Source: Octopus vulgaris | Taxonomy: Eukaryota | Direction: 5' to 3' | NCBI GenBank assembly: GCA_951406725.2 | Contig: OX597836.1 | Span: forward strand, 4,960,001-5,024,000 | Length of the DNA: 64,000 bases | Part shown: positions 28,095 to 41,740 of the stretch, piece after piece | Layout of the letters: each line of letters starts with the position of its first letter | How positions within the stretch are numbered: position 1 is the first letter of the stretch | The notes under the pieces: generated by a model | What the model saw: the letters and a program-made list of their open reading frames with translations, nothing else | The model's database searches: none | Told to the model about the DNA's origin: nothing | Translations under genes and position numbers: made by a program

Positions 28095-28690
28095 TCCTTT
28101 CTACTAAAACAGAGGTCTGAAATTTAGGAGGGGGTGGAGAGAAGTGTATTACATCGACCCCTGGACTCGGCTGGTAATTATTTTATCCACCCCGAAAGGT
28201 TGAATGGCAAAGTCGACCTCGAATGTGTACAGACGGACGAAATACCGCTATTTAGCCCGGTGTTCTAACGATTCTGCCAAGAGCTCCCTTAGTCAGCATT
28301 ATTAATCCGTTTTACTGTAGGTCCAAGGCCTGGATTTTGTGGGGAGAGGGTCAGTGGATCACATCGACCACAGTATTCAGCTGGTATTTAATGAAAGGCA
28401 AAGTTGGCCTCGGCGGAATTTGAACATAAAATGTGCAGAAATACGAAATACCTATTTCTATTTCTTACTACCCACAAGGGGCTAAACACAGAAGGGACAA
28501 ACAAGGACAGACAAACGGGTTAAGTCGATTACGTCGACCCCAGTGCGTAACTGGTACTTATTTAATCGACACCGAAAGGATGAAAGGCAAAGTCGACTTC
28601 GGCGGAATTTGAACTCAAAACTTAGCGGCAGACGAAATACTGCTAAGCATTTCGTCCGGCGTGCTAACGATTCTGCCAGCTCGCCGCCTT
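28095..28690 (-). mobile_element. Three head-to-tail SINE family A copies (two degenerate, full copy 28459-28690)
   Basis: Repeated GGCAAAGT.G.C.TCG motif, with the full copy ending TCGCCGCCTT. Confidence 0.85.
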
Positions 28691-29372
28691 CTTCAGTGTG
28701 CGAATTTCTGATTTATTGAACATATTTTGAAATGCTTCGACGCGGGCTCTGTTCCCATCTTCATTAATTATCTCTCACTCCTCTTTCTAAATACCTGCCA
28801 AAGCAAGGCCAATTATTGCACAACAACTTTTTAATTGCTATGAATTCCTGATTGATATGATTTATGTCATTAAACTGAACAGAGAGGGGTCACTTTAAAG
28901 TAACTGGCATTAAGATGTGACAGAGGCCTCCACTGTGCAGGCTTTCTCAATTTAAGGTATCTGACAATAAAACCTTAAAAGATGGTCGGTCGGAATAATC
29001 GATTGACACAGCAGAGGCAGTAGCCGAGTCTCCTTCACATCACAGCCTACGTCTTTAGAATGAATAAGGACGTATTATTGAAAAGTGTTCGTCGATTTAT
29101 TATAAAGACCTAATGATCATTAACCAGAGTGTGACTAAACGGAGCTGACCGATGGTTAAATAATCAGAGGTTGAACGATTCCCCTTTCATCTATAGAACT
29201 ATTTTCATATTGGCCAGAGGCAGAAATAAGAGTCGCTGTTGTTTTAATAGTGTGACCCTCGGTTAGCCCTGTTCGAGCCTATAGCGCATAGACCCACGAT
29301 CGAATAATATACGCTAACCACAGAATGTTTGATCCAGTTATACAGCACACACGTCTGTCTCGGATATCGTAC

Positions 29373-29552
29373 TGCATGTTCTACCATGGAGTGGTTGATC
29401 CTGTCAAGTTGCAATGTGGCGGTTTGGAAACGATACACCCGCTCTACGGCCTGTCTATGTAATGGTTGCCCTTTCGAAGTAACCCATGATACACAAACTA
29501 ACAACGAAACGATTAAAAGCGATCCACAGATATATGGTTCCAGATATTCCAT
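29373..29552 (-). CDS. Candidate first coding exon of a secreted or membrane protein (60 aa, N-terminal hydrophobic segment)
   Basis: ATG at 29552 gives MEYLEPYICGSLLIVSLLVCVSWVTSKGQPLHRQAVERVYRFQTATLQLDRINHSMVEHA. Upstream acceptor ttttgtttggatattcAG (exon start 29628), phase-0 donor GTACGA, unique higher-complexity sequence. Confidence 0.35.
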
Positions 29553-30416
29553 TCTTCGGTGTAGATGCAAATTATAAACGCACAAAGCGACACGCAGCAA
29601 AGAATCACATGTTCTGTAGAGTGACAGCCTGAATATCCAAACAAAACTATTTGATTGATAAGGGTATTTAAACAGTACCTTGTTACCAGCCTACAAACCC
29701 GTTTAATACAAGAGAAATCGATTAATTGAGTCTATGAAATGCTTAATGCGTTAAATAAATGAAGGATGGGTCTGTCAACATGAGAGATTTAGCATTTGTG
29801 ATAAAGTTTTGAAAGCAATGCTTACAGCATCTGTCTGCAACAACTTCCGCTCAGCTTTCCACGTCAAACAATTACGTTTACTCTGTTGGTGGGACATCGG
29901 ATCTCGTGAGTAGCAACATAAATTTAATTCCTTCTCGATTAGAAATATCGGTTGTTCGTTGCTGCTATTGGATTTGTTCTTGTTGTGGTCGATGTTATAG
30001 TAGTAGTGGTCGTTGTGATTCTTGTTGTTGCGGTTGCGGTTGTTCTTTATGAGTCAGTTTGTTTTAATTGCTGTTGTTTGTTTGTTGTTGGCCGTGTCAC
30101 TTTTGTTTGTATTGCTCTTGCTGTCTGTCGTTGTACTTGTTGCCTTCTTAGTTTTTCTTTTCTTTTTCTAGCTGCCGGTGTTGTTTTGGTTGTTGGTTAT
30201 TCTCATGTCAACCCAGATGAAACAGAGTAATCATCAAAATTGTTCGAACCATGAACATGAAACTGTTGTTCAATGAATGGTATATTAGTTTCAATCAGAT
30301 GTGGTGGATTGAGAACATTTAGAATCGTGGGGAAAATACATAACAGTATCTTTTGCAGATATAACTTCCGAGCTCGAATTCTGCTGAGCGATTAAAGTCC
30401 TAACAAAGGCCATATC

Positions 30417-30637
30417 ATTTCTTTATTTCCCACGGGGGGGGGGGGTAAAGATAAAGGGTACAAACAAAACAGACAAAGGGATTAAGTCGATTACGTAATT
30501 GGTACTTGTTTAATCGACCCCCTAAGATGAAAGGGAAAGTCGACCTCGGCGGAATTTGAACTCAGAACGTATCGGCAAACGAAATACCGCTAAGCAATTC
30601 GCCAGGCGTGCTAACGTTTCTGCCAGCTCGCCACCCT
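30417..30637 (-). mobile_element. SINE family A
   Basis: Reverse-complement match with a small internal deletion. Confidence 0.88.
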
Positions 30638-30699
30638 AACAAGGGCGATATTATCGTCATTCGAGGTCGTGAGATCCGTGTTCAAGGAGAACCAAGACA

Positions 30700-30800
30700 G
30701 GCAGCGATATTGGTATCTCTCTTCCATCGGACAGAACTTGCATCATCTGACCATAATTGTCTCATTTATGCAATAACCTTGGGGAACAAAAAATAAAAAA
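30700..30800 (+). pseudogene. Possible mariner transposase catalytic-region remnant
   Basis: TELASSDHNCL..LGNKK resembles SPDLAPSDYHLF..LxGKKF. Confidence 0.3.
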
Positions 30801-31199
30801 TTAAAACTAAAAAATGTAGGGATCGAACTAGCGACGCATTCTCCACATACATCAAACGTTGTGGCAAATAAGCCCTCACTGCGTGGTTGAGAAAACATGG
30901 AAACCTTCTCGGCAGGGGCAAACCTCCGTCAATGACGGTGCTGTCATTGTCACAGAGGTCACAGACGTCACCGCTGTCGACGACGATGTCTTTCGCTAGA
31001 GACCCCCATGTCGCGTTCGGTTTATTAAAAAAAATGTTTAGAGGTTTGATTTAAGAGAAGTTTCGTTGTTAATTCGAGAAGTTTTATCACGACCAAGCAG
31101 ACTCCTGGTCCGCATCAATCATTGAATGAATTGTTAGAGTTTCTGATTTATGCTTTCTGCCAACATTGAAGATGTGGAATTTGTTAAAACGAGGACTGG

Positions 31200-31570
31200 G
31201 GGAGAGAGAGAGGGAGAGAGAGATCGAAAGAGGGAGAGATCGAAAAAGGGAGAGATCGAAAACGGGAGAGAGATTGAAAGAGGGAGAGAGATCGAAAGAG
31301 AAAGAGATCGATAGAGTGAGAGAGAGAGAGAGAGACGAAAGATAGAGAGATCGGAAGAGAAAGAGACAGATATCGAAAGAGAGAGAGATCGGAAGAGAAA
31401 GAGACAGATATCGAAAGAGAGAGAGAGAAAAATCGAAAGAGAGAGAGATAGATCGAAAGAAGAGAGAGAGAGAGAGATCGAAAGAGAGGGAGAGAAAGAT
31501 CGAAAGAGAGATCGATCGAAAGCGAGAGAGAAGGGGAGAGATAGATCGAAAGAGAGAGAGAGAAAGAAAT
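31200..31570. repeat. (GA)n-derived minisatellite with recurring GATCGAAA interruptions
   Basis: AGAGATCGAAAG repeated more than 10 times. Confidence 0.9.
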
Positions 31571-32042
31571 TGTCCCTCTTTGACTATTTATTTATTCTTG
31601 TGGCTTATTTATGCGATTTTTTTTATTAATATTTTTCTTCATATTTTTCTTCACTGAAACTAAAACTAGGTAGAATTTTGTAAACGTGACAATTTTCACA
31701 AGTGAGGTAACCCCAAGGCCTTCTGCCTCAATCAACGACAGAAAATGAATGCTGAGATCAGTAAAAGTATGACTCCATTAGCACCGTCAGTCGAAACCTC
31801 ATAGCTGTCAGGGGAGGTTGTTTCGTGCTTGATTTAAGAACCGCAGACAGAGAGGTGTTCCGTTCTTCTAGCAACTGGTAAGGATGACTGTGAAGAAGCG
31901 GTGAAGAATATATTCTGTACAGAGAAGAGCAGCGGCAAACCTTAATTACCCCGGAACAAACAAACATGAACGTCACTCTATCGTCGATTGATGTCGATCA
32001 GGCGATTGTTGCTGAAGTAATGTTCGATATTGTTAGATATTC

Positions 32043-32274
32043 AAGGCGGCGAGCTGGCAGAAACGTTTGCACGCCGGGCGAAATGCTTAGCGGTATTTCG
32101 TCTGCGTTACGTTTTGAGTTCGAATTCCGCCGAGGTCGACTTTGCCTTTCATCCTTTCGGGGTCGATAAATTAAGTACCAGTTACGCACTGCGGTCGATG
32201 TAATCGACTTAATACCGATGTCTGTCCTTCTTTGTCGTCTCTGTGTTTAGCCCCTTGTGAGTAATAAAGAAATA
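32043..32274 (+). mobile_element. SINE family A, full length
   Basis: Direct match to 127-360. Confidence 0.92.
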
Positions 32275-32584
32275 GATATTGTTAGGGGGAACAGAAAAAA
32301 ATATCAAACCCCAAGAAATCGCAAAAGTAGAAAGGTAACCACAATTAAAGGCCAACATAATTTTCACCTACATGATCGCATTCAAATATGAAAACGGTGA
32401 GAAAAAGGTTGAATTAGATTCAGGATTTTTTATTTCTGGTTCAAGTCGTATCCAAGGGGTACATTCCTTGCAGAGATACAGTCGGGGTTTTATTAAGGAA
32501 CACACCCGAAAACCAATAAACCGTAGTAGAAACACCCTGCAAAAGTTGGTTATCTAAATTGCGGGTAACTGTAATATATTGCTT

Positions 32585-32800
32585 CAAATTTTGGCACAAG
32601 GCCAACAATTTGAAGGTGATGGTTAAATCGATCACATCGACCCCACTGCTCATTAAGTACTTATTTTCTGCCCCTCCCCACGAAAAGATGAAAGGAAAAG
32701 TCAACCTCGGCGGAGTTCGAACTCAGAACGTAAGGACGACGAACGAAATGCCGCTAAGCATGTTGCCCGGCGTGCTAACGATTCTGCCAGCTGACCGCCC
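32585..32800 (-). mobile_element. SINE family A variant
   Basis: CTCGGCGGAGTTCGAACTCAGAACG...GCTAACGATTCTGCCAGCT. Confidence 0.8.
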
Positions 32801-33185
32801 TATTCAGCTGGCAGAATCGAGCCATTCTGCGTGGAACAATTCGCAGTGAGAGATATGTTTGGGATATAGAGGACGAAGGTGCTCTACTCGACAAAGTCAC
32901 TATCTCCCCGCCTGTCTGTGGTTGAGAACACAAATATTTTTCATTTTTTATTTTCTATTTACTGATGCTATTTAATTATTGTTTTAATCATTGCTTGTTG
33001 TTAGTACACATTGTTTTTGAAAACATCACTTTATGTGCAATCCCATGCGTATTTTATTTTTAACCAGCTCCACTTTAATTGTAGAATATTTCCGCAAATA
33101 TCCATGTCTTTTTATTCAGTAGTCTGTCCTACATAATTCTAAGTTCTCTGCTAATGTCTCGTTTTCTGGCTAAAATATAAAAAAA

Positions 33186-33565
<380 letters not shown>

Positions 33566-34489
33566 ATGTTGTTGTTGCCGTTGTTGTTAGGATTTCCACT
33601 GCCGACCCAGTCGGTCGTGTTTTTTGATTCGTTAGCTGGAGTGAAATAGCTGAACTATATAAATTTGTTCATTGTCAATTGTTGCTCCATGAAATTGTGT
33701 TCTATTGAACTTTCTGGCAAACTGATTCCAAAACTTGGGGAGTCCAAACAGGTTTTAGACAAAACAGCATATGCTTCTTTTTTGGCTTTTTGGGGGGTTC
33801 TTTTTTGCAGACAATTTATTTTTGTTATACCTGCATGTCGTCTGCAGCCAGAAAAAATGGTTACCAAGTTTCGGAGTCATAATACTATATCACTCCGTAC
33901 AAAATAAATATGAAATAAAGAAATTAATAAAATTCACCAAAATAGAAGATTTGATATTAACATCTGAATGCTGAACATAATCAACGAGAAATAATATTTT
34001 ACAAGCCCAAAACTCCGTGTTTGAACAAACCAAGTGAAAATATTTACAACAACAACTGTATTGTCACATTCATGTACTCTGTTAAACAAATAAAGATCCA
34101 TTTTTTTTCATGGAATCAGTATCAGCGACTGGCGTACAAAACTTAATCAGTTTTGCGAATGTGAATCATCATTTCACAAAAATGCCTTAGACTGTGACCT
34201 TGACCCGATCTAGGAAAACTTTATCAAGGTCATGTCTTTCTACTTCAATTTCTTTTATTGTATTTTCCTCATGCTGGAAAGCAAGACAATGCGCGGAAAA
34301 TGATTTCTGAAATATTTAGGTGAAGCAATGGGGCCAAATATTAAAAAGCATCTAAAACACAAGCAGAGCACCACTCCTCGTAGAAAGACCGCTAATAAAA
34401 AAGATGTTTAACACTGAATTTGATTGTACCTTTGAACGAAAATCGCAACTTCTGCCATTTCAGTTACAAAAGAAAGTAAATAGTAATGC

Positions 34490-34735
34490 TACAGGCTGGG
34501 CCACAATTCATGACTCATTTGTTAGTTATTTATTTTACTATATTAATATTTGATAATATGTTTCGTTTTGGGATTTGGTTTGCAAGATTATTTATATGAT
34601 TTCGTGTATTGAAGCATATTCTGTTGTGTCTGGGGAGAGTCATTTTATTTTTGGGCCTTATAATTTAACACACTCACCGGTAAAATGTCCACTTATTTTC
34701 TTAAATTTTGTTGCGTCTTGAAACCTTTTCAATAG
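34490..34735. mobile_element. Possible Tc1/mariner-type terminal fragment
   Basis: TACAGGCTGGGCCA resembles TA-CAGGGTGGGCC Tc1-type termini. No partner end found. Confidence 0.25.
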
Positions 34736-34744
34736 TCAAGACTA

Positions 34745-34868
34745 TTGGAATGTGCTAAAAGGCAAGTAAAGGTGATCTCGGCGGAATTTGAAATCAGACC
34801 GTTAAGACGAACGAATTGCTACTGAGCATTTGGTCCGCCTTTCCAACGATTCTGCCAGCTCGCTGCCC
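34745..34868 (-). mobile_element. SINE family A 5' fragment
   Basis: CTCGGCGGAATTTGAA...ACGATTCTGCCAGCTCGCTGCC. Confidence 0.75.
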
Positions 34869-35449
34869 TCTTAGTAAGGTGTAGTGATAGAAATGTTAGT
34901 ATAGGACTACTATTTGCATAATTCAAATTTTATTCTCGTCATGCGGCACACACCATTGCATGTTAGTGCATAGCTTATGCATTTTTTCTGATCTGCTTCA
35001 AAGTAGTGGCTTGCATTTCTTTTCAGAAGTGATATTGAGAAGCTTCAAAAACGGGGAAATGCGACTCACTCTCTCCACCTCTCTCTTTCTCTCGCTCGGT
35101 TACATCTGAGTCGGTTTCGTTTCACCTAGATCGCAAGTTTACGTATTTTTAATACGATAAGTATATGAATAGACTTTTCCCGAACGATAATCACAGTGTC
35201 TGGCATTTAAACTTCATACATGCATTTAATGTTATGTTGATTGTGTAACTAAATATTTAGTGTTGAATTTTCCTGGAAGATAGAAATAAGAATGCGCTTC
35301 AGAAATTGTCATGAAGGTGCTCAGCAGCAAAGTATAAGCATCCAAAAGGATAACATGCCGTAGTTTTATTCTAGAAATTTCTAAGATTTCTGTTTCCGCA
35401 AAACGCCGCTGTTGTTCTTATCTATTTACATCTTTTCCTTTTAAAAGAA

Positions 35450-35590
35450 ACGTTCTAAGTTCAAATTCCACTGAGGTCGATTTCGCCTTTCATTTTTTCC
35501 GGATCGATAAAGTTAGGTACCAGTTGAACACTAGGTGTCGATATTACTGACCAGCCCTTCGTCCTTCATTTCAGACCTATGCTAGAAACG
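35450..35590 (+). mobile_element. SINE family A 3' fragment
   Basis: GTTCAAATTCCACTGAGGTCGATTTCGCCTTTCAT...GTACCAGTT. Confidence 0.7.
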
Positions 35591-36735
35591 GAACATTAAA
35601 TTTTACTTCACAGAGATGCCAGTCTTGCTTGCTCCAGTTAATTCTGTGAGAACAGTCAGCAGCCTGTTGCCAAAGGTCTCACAGCGTCTCTCTCTGCTAA
35701 TCTCAAGAATTGGTGCTAAAACGTTAAAATTGTGGAAGATAATTAACACCCAAGCCCCAATATCAAACTCTTCACTGTCGCCACTACAGCAGATCTTTGA
35801 GCATTTCTATTCTCCTGCATACTTTTCGAACTTGGTTTTTAGTGCTCCGAGTAACTCTACAACAACTGGGATACCAATTCCTCTTTTCATCAACTACATT
35901 CTTGCAATTTCGTCTTTTAGTAACTAAAGTGACAATCATTATTGTTGTTGTTGTTATTGCTGATGTTATTGCTGCTGGTGTTGGTTGTGGTTGTGTTACT
36001 CGGTCGAGAAGGTACATATGCACTCGCTCTGAATAACTGATAAAAAATTATCTGGTTTTCAAACGGAATTATCTGTGAAGCAAAGAATATTCTATCGGGG
36101 TTGATTGTCACATTTGGTGACAGGGCTCATTGGTTCGTTCTTTTTAACGACTTTTTCGCTTGGAATTATCAATTTTCTAAACATGCTTCCTCGAAATAAA
36201 ATGGCTGACAATGTCCACAAGACAAGCAAAAATACAAGACGCCACTGTTTACAGACGGAATGCAAATAGGAGATAACTTGAAATACAGGAATATTGCAGA
36301 GAAAGGAAAAAAAATATTCAGAAAACTTTGAAACACATGACAAATACTAAGAGCATCAGAAAAGATATAAATTATAACAACAAAAACAACGGCAAAAACA
36401 TCAGCGCACGATAGCAAATAGAAATAATCTTAATACTTATACAGATGGTTTACAAAAGAACGCGGGAAAATATGGCGTTAATTATGTTAATGAAATCCCG
36501 AAGGAATGCCGTAACATTATATTAAACAACATCAACAGCAAAAACAAGAACAACAGCAACATCAGCAACAGCAACAACATTATATTATATTATAACATAT
36601 TAAATAACAACAATACAAACAACAACAACAACAGCAACAACAATACACTCGTGGCTCTTGCGTTAACGCTCTCACACGCAAACGCGCTCAGAATATCATA
36701 TACTATGTAAGAACGCTATTAAAAACTTTTTGAAT

Positions 36736-37150
36736 AGGCGCAGCAGTGGCTGTGTGGTAAGTAGCTTGAAGACCAACCTCATGGTTCCGGGTTCAGTCCC
36801 ACTGCGTGGCACCTTGGGCAAGTGTCTTCTGTTATAGCCCCGGGCCGACCAATGCCTTGTGAGTGGATTTAGTAGACGGAAACTGAAAGAAGCCTGTCGT
36901 ATATATGTATATATATATATATGTATGTTTGTGTGTTTGTGTGTCTGTGTTTGTCGCCCTAGCATTTCTTGACAACCGATGCTGGTGTGTTTACGTCCCC
37001 GTCACTTAGCGGTTCGGCAAAAGAGACCGATAGAATAAGTATTGGGCTTCCGAAGAATAAGTCCCGGGTCGATGTGCTCGACTAAAGGTGGTGCTCCAGC
37101 ATGGCCGCAGTCAAATGACTGAAACAAGTAAAAGAGAAAAAGAGAAAGAG
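36736..37150 (+). mobile_element. CORE-type SINE family B, full length
   Basis: tRNA-like head (GTGGCTGTGTGGTAAG, GGTTCAGTCCC), CORE GCACCTTGGGCAAGTGTCTTCT, internal (TA)/(TG) tract and tail GACTGAAACAAGTAAAAGA. Confidence 0.9.
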
Positions 37151-37336
37151 AGTGTTTGACGACTATGATATCGAAACAAATGCGTGACTGTCAGGCGTGG
37201 TTCGATCTTCATTGACACGGCATCAAAAAAGGCGTATCAGAATCGTGTAGTCGTGAAAAATGAGGTTCGCTGACGTTTTTCTTGGACGGGCACCGTTCCG
37301 TACGAGTCATTATACTGAGATGTTTATGACAGGATG

Positions 37337-38335
37337 TACGAGGGCAGAGGTCTTAAGGAATTAACAAACAAAGCATTGAGACATACCTCACCGGAAGTTA
37401 CCTCTTCAAAGGTAATTACCTCTCAACGACTATTCGTTAACGTTCATGACATTTATTTCGCGAAACACTCGACAATCCATATTAGACCCCACCTGACTTC
37501 CTTCGTTTCTAACACTATCTGTAAGTTTTGGGCTGAGTTGTCGTGTTGACAGTTCGAGTTGGTGAATGAAAAGGAGCTTCTTAGGCTGTCTGTAGAAGAA
37601 ACTGAAACACGCCGGTGAACATGTTACAAAAGATTTTATCATCGCACATTAAGACAAGCTACGTTGGACTTTTACAGGTAAGAACAACAATAATTGCATT
37701 TTTAAAAAAGTGATACTGCTTGGTATCTACGGTAAGTTATCGATACAGAAGCCTGCACATTGCCCAACATAACTGGGAACAATTGTGCTATATTCGCTGC
37801 GACGGGGTTTCGAGTCATCTGCCTGCCATTTAGTTTAGCCGCCTTCCTGAGTCGTCTGCCTTCTAAGAATCTGCACCGAAAGGTTTTTTATAGAGGTCCG
37901 GTTATCACATTCTAAAATGTTCAAGAAAACCTGCCGATGAAATCGCTAAGAGCATATTGGTCATTTGATAAGCAGATCACGTGAAACTCTAGTGGCTGTT
38001 TCGTGATGTCCAACAGTATATAGAGGGATTCGGTTTCCAATTACCATTACAGTTTCCACCTAGAAATGCAGGAGATTTCAATCTATGGCAGAGGCGCCGT
38101 ATGACTCTACAAAAACTGCGTACAAGTCCGGAATGAGATGAAGGTGGCGTCTGGAGAGAGTTGTGGGAGTATTTTGAAGGAGAAAAGAAGTCTGAATAAA
38201 TTGTAAGTAAAGCAATAAATTTGTTTTTTAATAATTAGTTTTGTTTTTTCTTTGGCCTAGTCATATATTGAATATTGAAGTGTGTTGTTAAATGAAACGG
38301 TTGAGTGGTCACTGAAATGTTTTAGGAGACTAATA
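37337..38335 (+). mobile_element. Highly decayed mariner-like element
   Basis: TACGAGGG start, plus peptide fragments KCRRFQSMAE and EYFEG resembling mariner C-terminal motifs. Confidence 0.35.
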
Positions 38336-38440
38336 AAATATACACACGCATACACACACATACATACACACCATATACACACACATACATACGCACACAT
38401 ATATATCATTATATCAACTGTCTAAATCTATCTGAGCATC

Positions 38441-38479
<39 letters not shown>

Positions 38480-38552
38480 TACACACACACATTTATTCAT
38501 CTATCTCTATATAAATATATATATTATACGTATATAAATATATACAAATATG

Positions 38553-38590
<38 letters not shown>

Positions 38591-39295
38591 AGTGTGTGTG
38601 CGTGTGTGTTTCTTTGTGCGTGTCTGTGTGTTCGTGCGTGCATTAGTGCGTGTGTGTTACTGTGTGTGTATGTGTATGTGACGAAGAAGCAGTCAAAGTG
38701 ATACATGGTTTTTTTTCTTATCTTCATCAGAGAAATAGGAGTGTTAACACAGTCTCAGTTATATATCGCTAATTACTTAATAAAGCTGGAACATGAAATT
38801 GTGACAGCGTTCAGATAGCCGAAGGAGGAAGAGAGAGAGAGAGGGTGAGAAAGAGAGAGAGAGGGGGGGGAGAGAGAGCTGAGACAAAGAGGAACACAGA
38901 CGATCATATAGACATACACAGAACGAAAAAGTGAAAACGCTAATAATTTTCTGGCTGTGTTTACTATTAGCAACAACGTCGACGACAACAACAACAACAA
39001 CAAAAACGACAACAGCAACAACAATAAATACACGAGAAATTCATGTTTTTGCGCGTGAGTTTGGTTCAATAAGAATAAATTGATTGTGACAGAGTTTTGC
39101 AAAAGTAATTATTTGTTTATGATGTTGTTTTGTAAAAATAATTAGCTAAAAATATTATGTTGATAAAAGGGAATCGTGTTGGCTGCTTCGATTACCGAAA
39201 ACGGACTGATGGCCGAAGTTAAATTCAGTTATCTTCTGTCCGCAGTGCCACTGTGTGGCTTTAGCCAGGTGTAAGATCTCCATGGTACACACGCA

Positions 39296-39352
<57 letters not shown>

Positions 39353-39447
39353 ATAGGGAGTTGATGTATGAGTAATATACACATACATATATACATACAT
39401 ATACATATATATATATATGTATGTATATATATATATATATATATATA

Positions 39448-39650
39448 GTTCGAATTTATAGAAAAACAAAGACCAGGACAGGAGTAGGAACAACAACAAG
39501 TGTATTAGTTTGACGTTCTGGAAAAATGCAAGAGTCTTTTACGTTTCGAGCCGATGCTCTTCGTCAGAAAAGAATAAGCAGAAATAAATAGAGAGAATGA
39601 AAAGAACGTGTGTTGAGTTCAGTGGTCCAACATGGCAAATGCACCCCTCC
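39448..39650 (-). mobile_element. ~200-bp hammerhead-family element (Penelope pLTR or retrozyme-like)
   Basis: Homologous to 27298-27507, abuts (TA)n and contains an intact hammerhead core. Confidence 0.7.
39535..39573 (-). ncRNA. Minimal type I hammerhead ribozyme motif
   Basis: UCUUUU-CUGACGA-A-GAGC(AUCG)GCUC-GAAA-CG-UA-AAAGA: core CUGAnGA and GAAA, 4-bp stem II, palindromic ACGU in place of stem III, GUA cleavage triplet. Confidence 0.65.
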
Positions 39651-39733
39651 ACGCACATATATATATATGCTATGCATGTATGTATGTATGTACGTACGTA
39701 TGTATATAAGAATTTTGTATATAAGAAACTTCA

Positions 39734-39830
39734 CGTTCCCAGTTCAAATTCTGTCGAAGTTGATTTTTGTCTTTCATCCTTTCGTGATCTATAAAATAAA
39801 TACCAGTTAAGTTCTGGGGTCGAAGTGAAT
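39734..39830 (+). mobile_element. SINE family A fragment
   Basis: AGTTCAAATTCTGTCGAAGTTGATTTTTGTCTTTCATCCTTTCG. Confidence 0.7.
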
Positions 39831-41432
39831 TTTCCATCAACAGACAGACTTGACATACCATCACTACAGTTAGATGTATCATTCTTGTATTGAAAGGAGA
39901 TTTCTCTGTTCTTTAACTGTAAATCTGACAACTGTTTCTGGTAAGACAACAGTGTTAATGCGTAGTGCTTCGTCGTAACGAATAGTATGATATCAAACTA
40001 TTTATGTAGCATTTCGTCTTGTTGTTAATTGTGATGATGATGATTTTATTCAAGGTATTCACATATCTGGTCTGGTATATATAATTTTTATCTCTTCCCC
40101 CACGTATTCACACATTCTTCTCATTTTATATATATATATAAACCTCCAAACACATTCTAGACTCTCCTTGAAATATGCCACATATATGAAGCAGCCCCTG
40201 TGGCTAATAACAGACTTACTTACTGTTGTGGATCTTTAGCTCCAGATCATAAAGCTTTCATAAAGCTTGTCTACAAAGACACTTGCCTCAGGGGGACTCA
40301 TAATTAATCGATCGTACAATCACTTCTTGGTTTTTATTCCAGTATTCTGGTTTTAGAAATATCAACAGAGCATCGAAAGAAATACCTTGTGCTATTTATC
40401 CCCACCCTTTACATTTTGAATACATATTCCTTCGAGGTAAACGATACCTTTCATATATATCGAGTTTTAAATATTTCGTACCATTCCAGTATCAGAATCG
40501 ATCAAATTTGCTGGCATTGTGCCTTTATTAGAAACAATTTTAGGTTCACCGAAATTCTGTGAGTGTATTCTGGTCTTCCATTCTTTTACAATATCAAACA
40601 AATAATGTTTTATATCCTAAAGCAATGGCACATTCAAATGCTGTAAGGAGGTGTTCTGTCTTACGTAAAAACATTGTCCTTAAGCTTGTTAAAATACTTC
40701 GGTTTACTTCAAGAAGAAATATTTTTCTTTAAACCTGCGCAAGAGAAATAGATCTGTTTTATTTCTGCTATATTTTAGTAAAATTTTGAAGCATTTTTCT
40801 TTACTTCAATTTATCTTCGTTTTTCAAACAGATATTAGTTTATATCCTAAGGCTACGAAATATTAAAAAATTGTAGTTTTCTATTTCGCAATGTATCATC
40901 CTTGCTTGCTCTGGTTCATGTCGTTTCTTTCATTCAAAGAAAGAACCGAAAAATATTCCAACCTTCAGGCTACAATTTATTCCACTATTCAAAATATTTC
41001 TCTTCTATTACTTGTTTGCCACCTATTTCGTTACATAGGAACGAATTAAGTGGCAATACTGCCAAACTGATACTGGCTGGACATGTATATCGTGGAAGAG
41101 AGGGGAATTCTTCTAGAAAGAAAGGCTACTGTTTCGTTCACTTCATCTCAATCAAGAAATAAATTGAGATTCTGTGGAAAGCAATTGTATGTTTGCTTCT
41201 ATTTAACTATCTTGGCAATAACAAAAATTCTGAGTTGGCAAATATAGCAACGGATTTCACAGTAAACGTTTCAGCGCAACTTATGTAAGACTCATGCATT
41301 TGACAGGTGCAATTACAGTTGCACGAAGGCCATTCAACTTATTGCCAAATGATTCGGCTTCTAACAATACATTAAAATCATTACCTTTTAGATACGTGCA
41401 GATTTTTCTCTCTGTATCTATCGTTGCATTGA

Positions 41433-41740
41433 AATTACAACGGCGACTCGTGCCAACAATAAATAAAATCCTCAAGTGGTCGCTTCTCGATCCGCTGAAA
41501 ATAGCAGTCAAGTAAATCTTAAATTTCAATTTATTCACTTAGGGAATGAAGTTTAAAAATTAAAGCGAACTCTCAATTACAACGGCGACTCGTGCCAACA
41601 ATAAACAAAATCTTCTAGTGGTCTCTTCTCGATCCGCTGAAAATAGCAGTCAAGTAAATTTTAAATTTCAATCTACTCACTTGACTACGTATAAACTGAT
41701 ACTCCGTAGGGGATGAAGTTTAAAAATTAAAGCAAAGTCT
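41433..41740. repeat. 142-bp tandem duplication
   Basis: AATTACAACGGCGACTCGTGCCAACAATAAA at 41433 and 41575. The second copy has a ~25-30-bp insertion. Confidence 0.92.

Noticed and set aside
35616-35927. 103-aa ORF after an acceptor-like site
   Set aside because: No recognisable domain, no convincing donor, and adjacent to a SINE fragment.
37668-37684. Recursive splice site (ttttacAG|GTAAGA), similarly ~26350
   Set aside because: Short pyrimidine tract, located in a probable transposon remnant, and expected by chance in AT-rich DNA.
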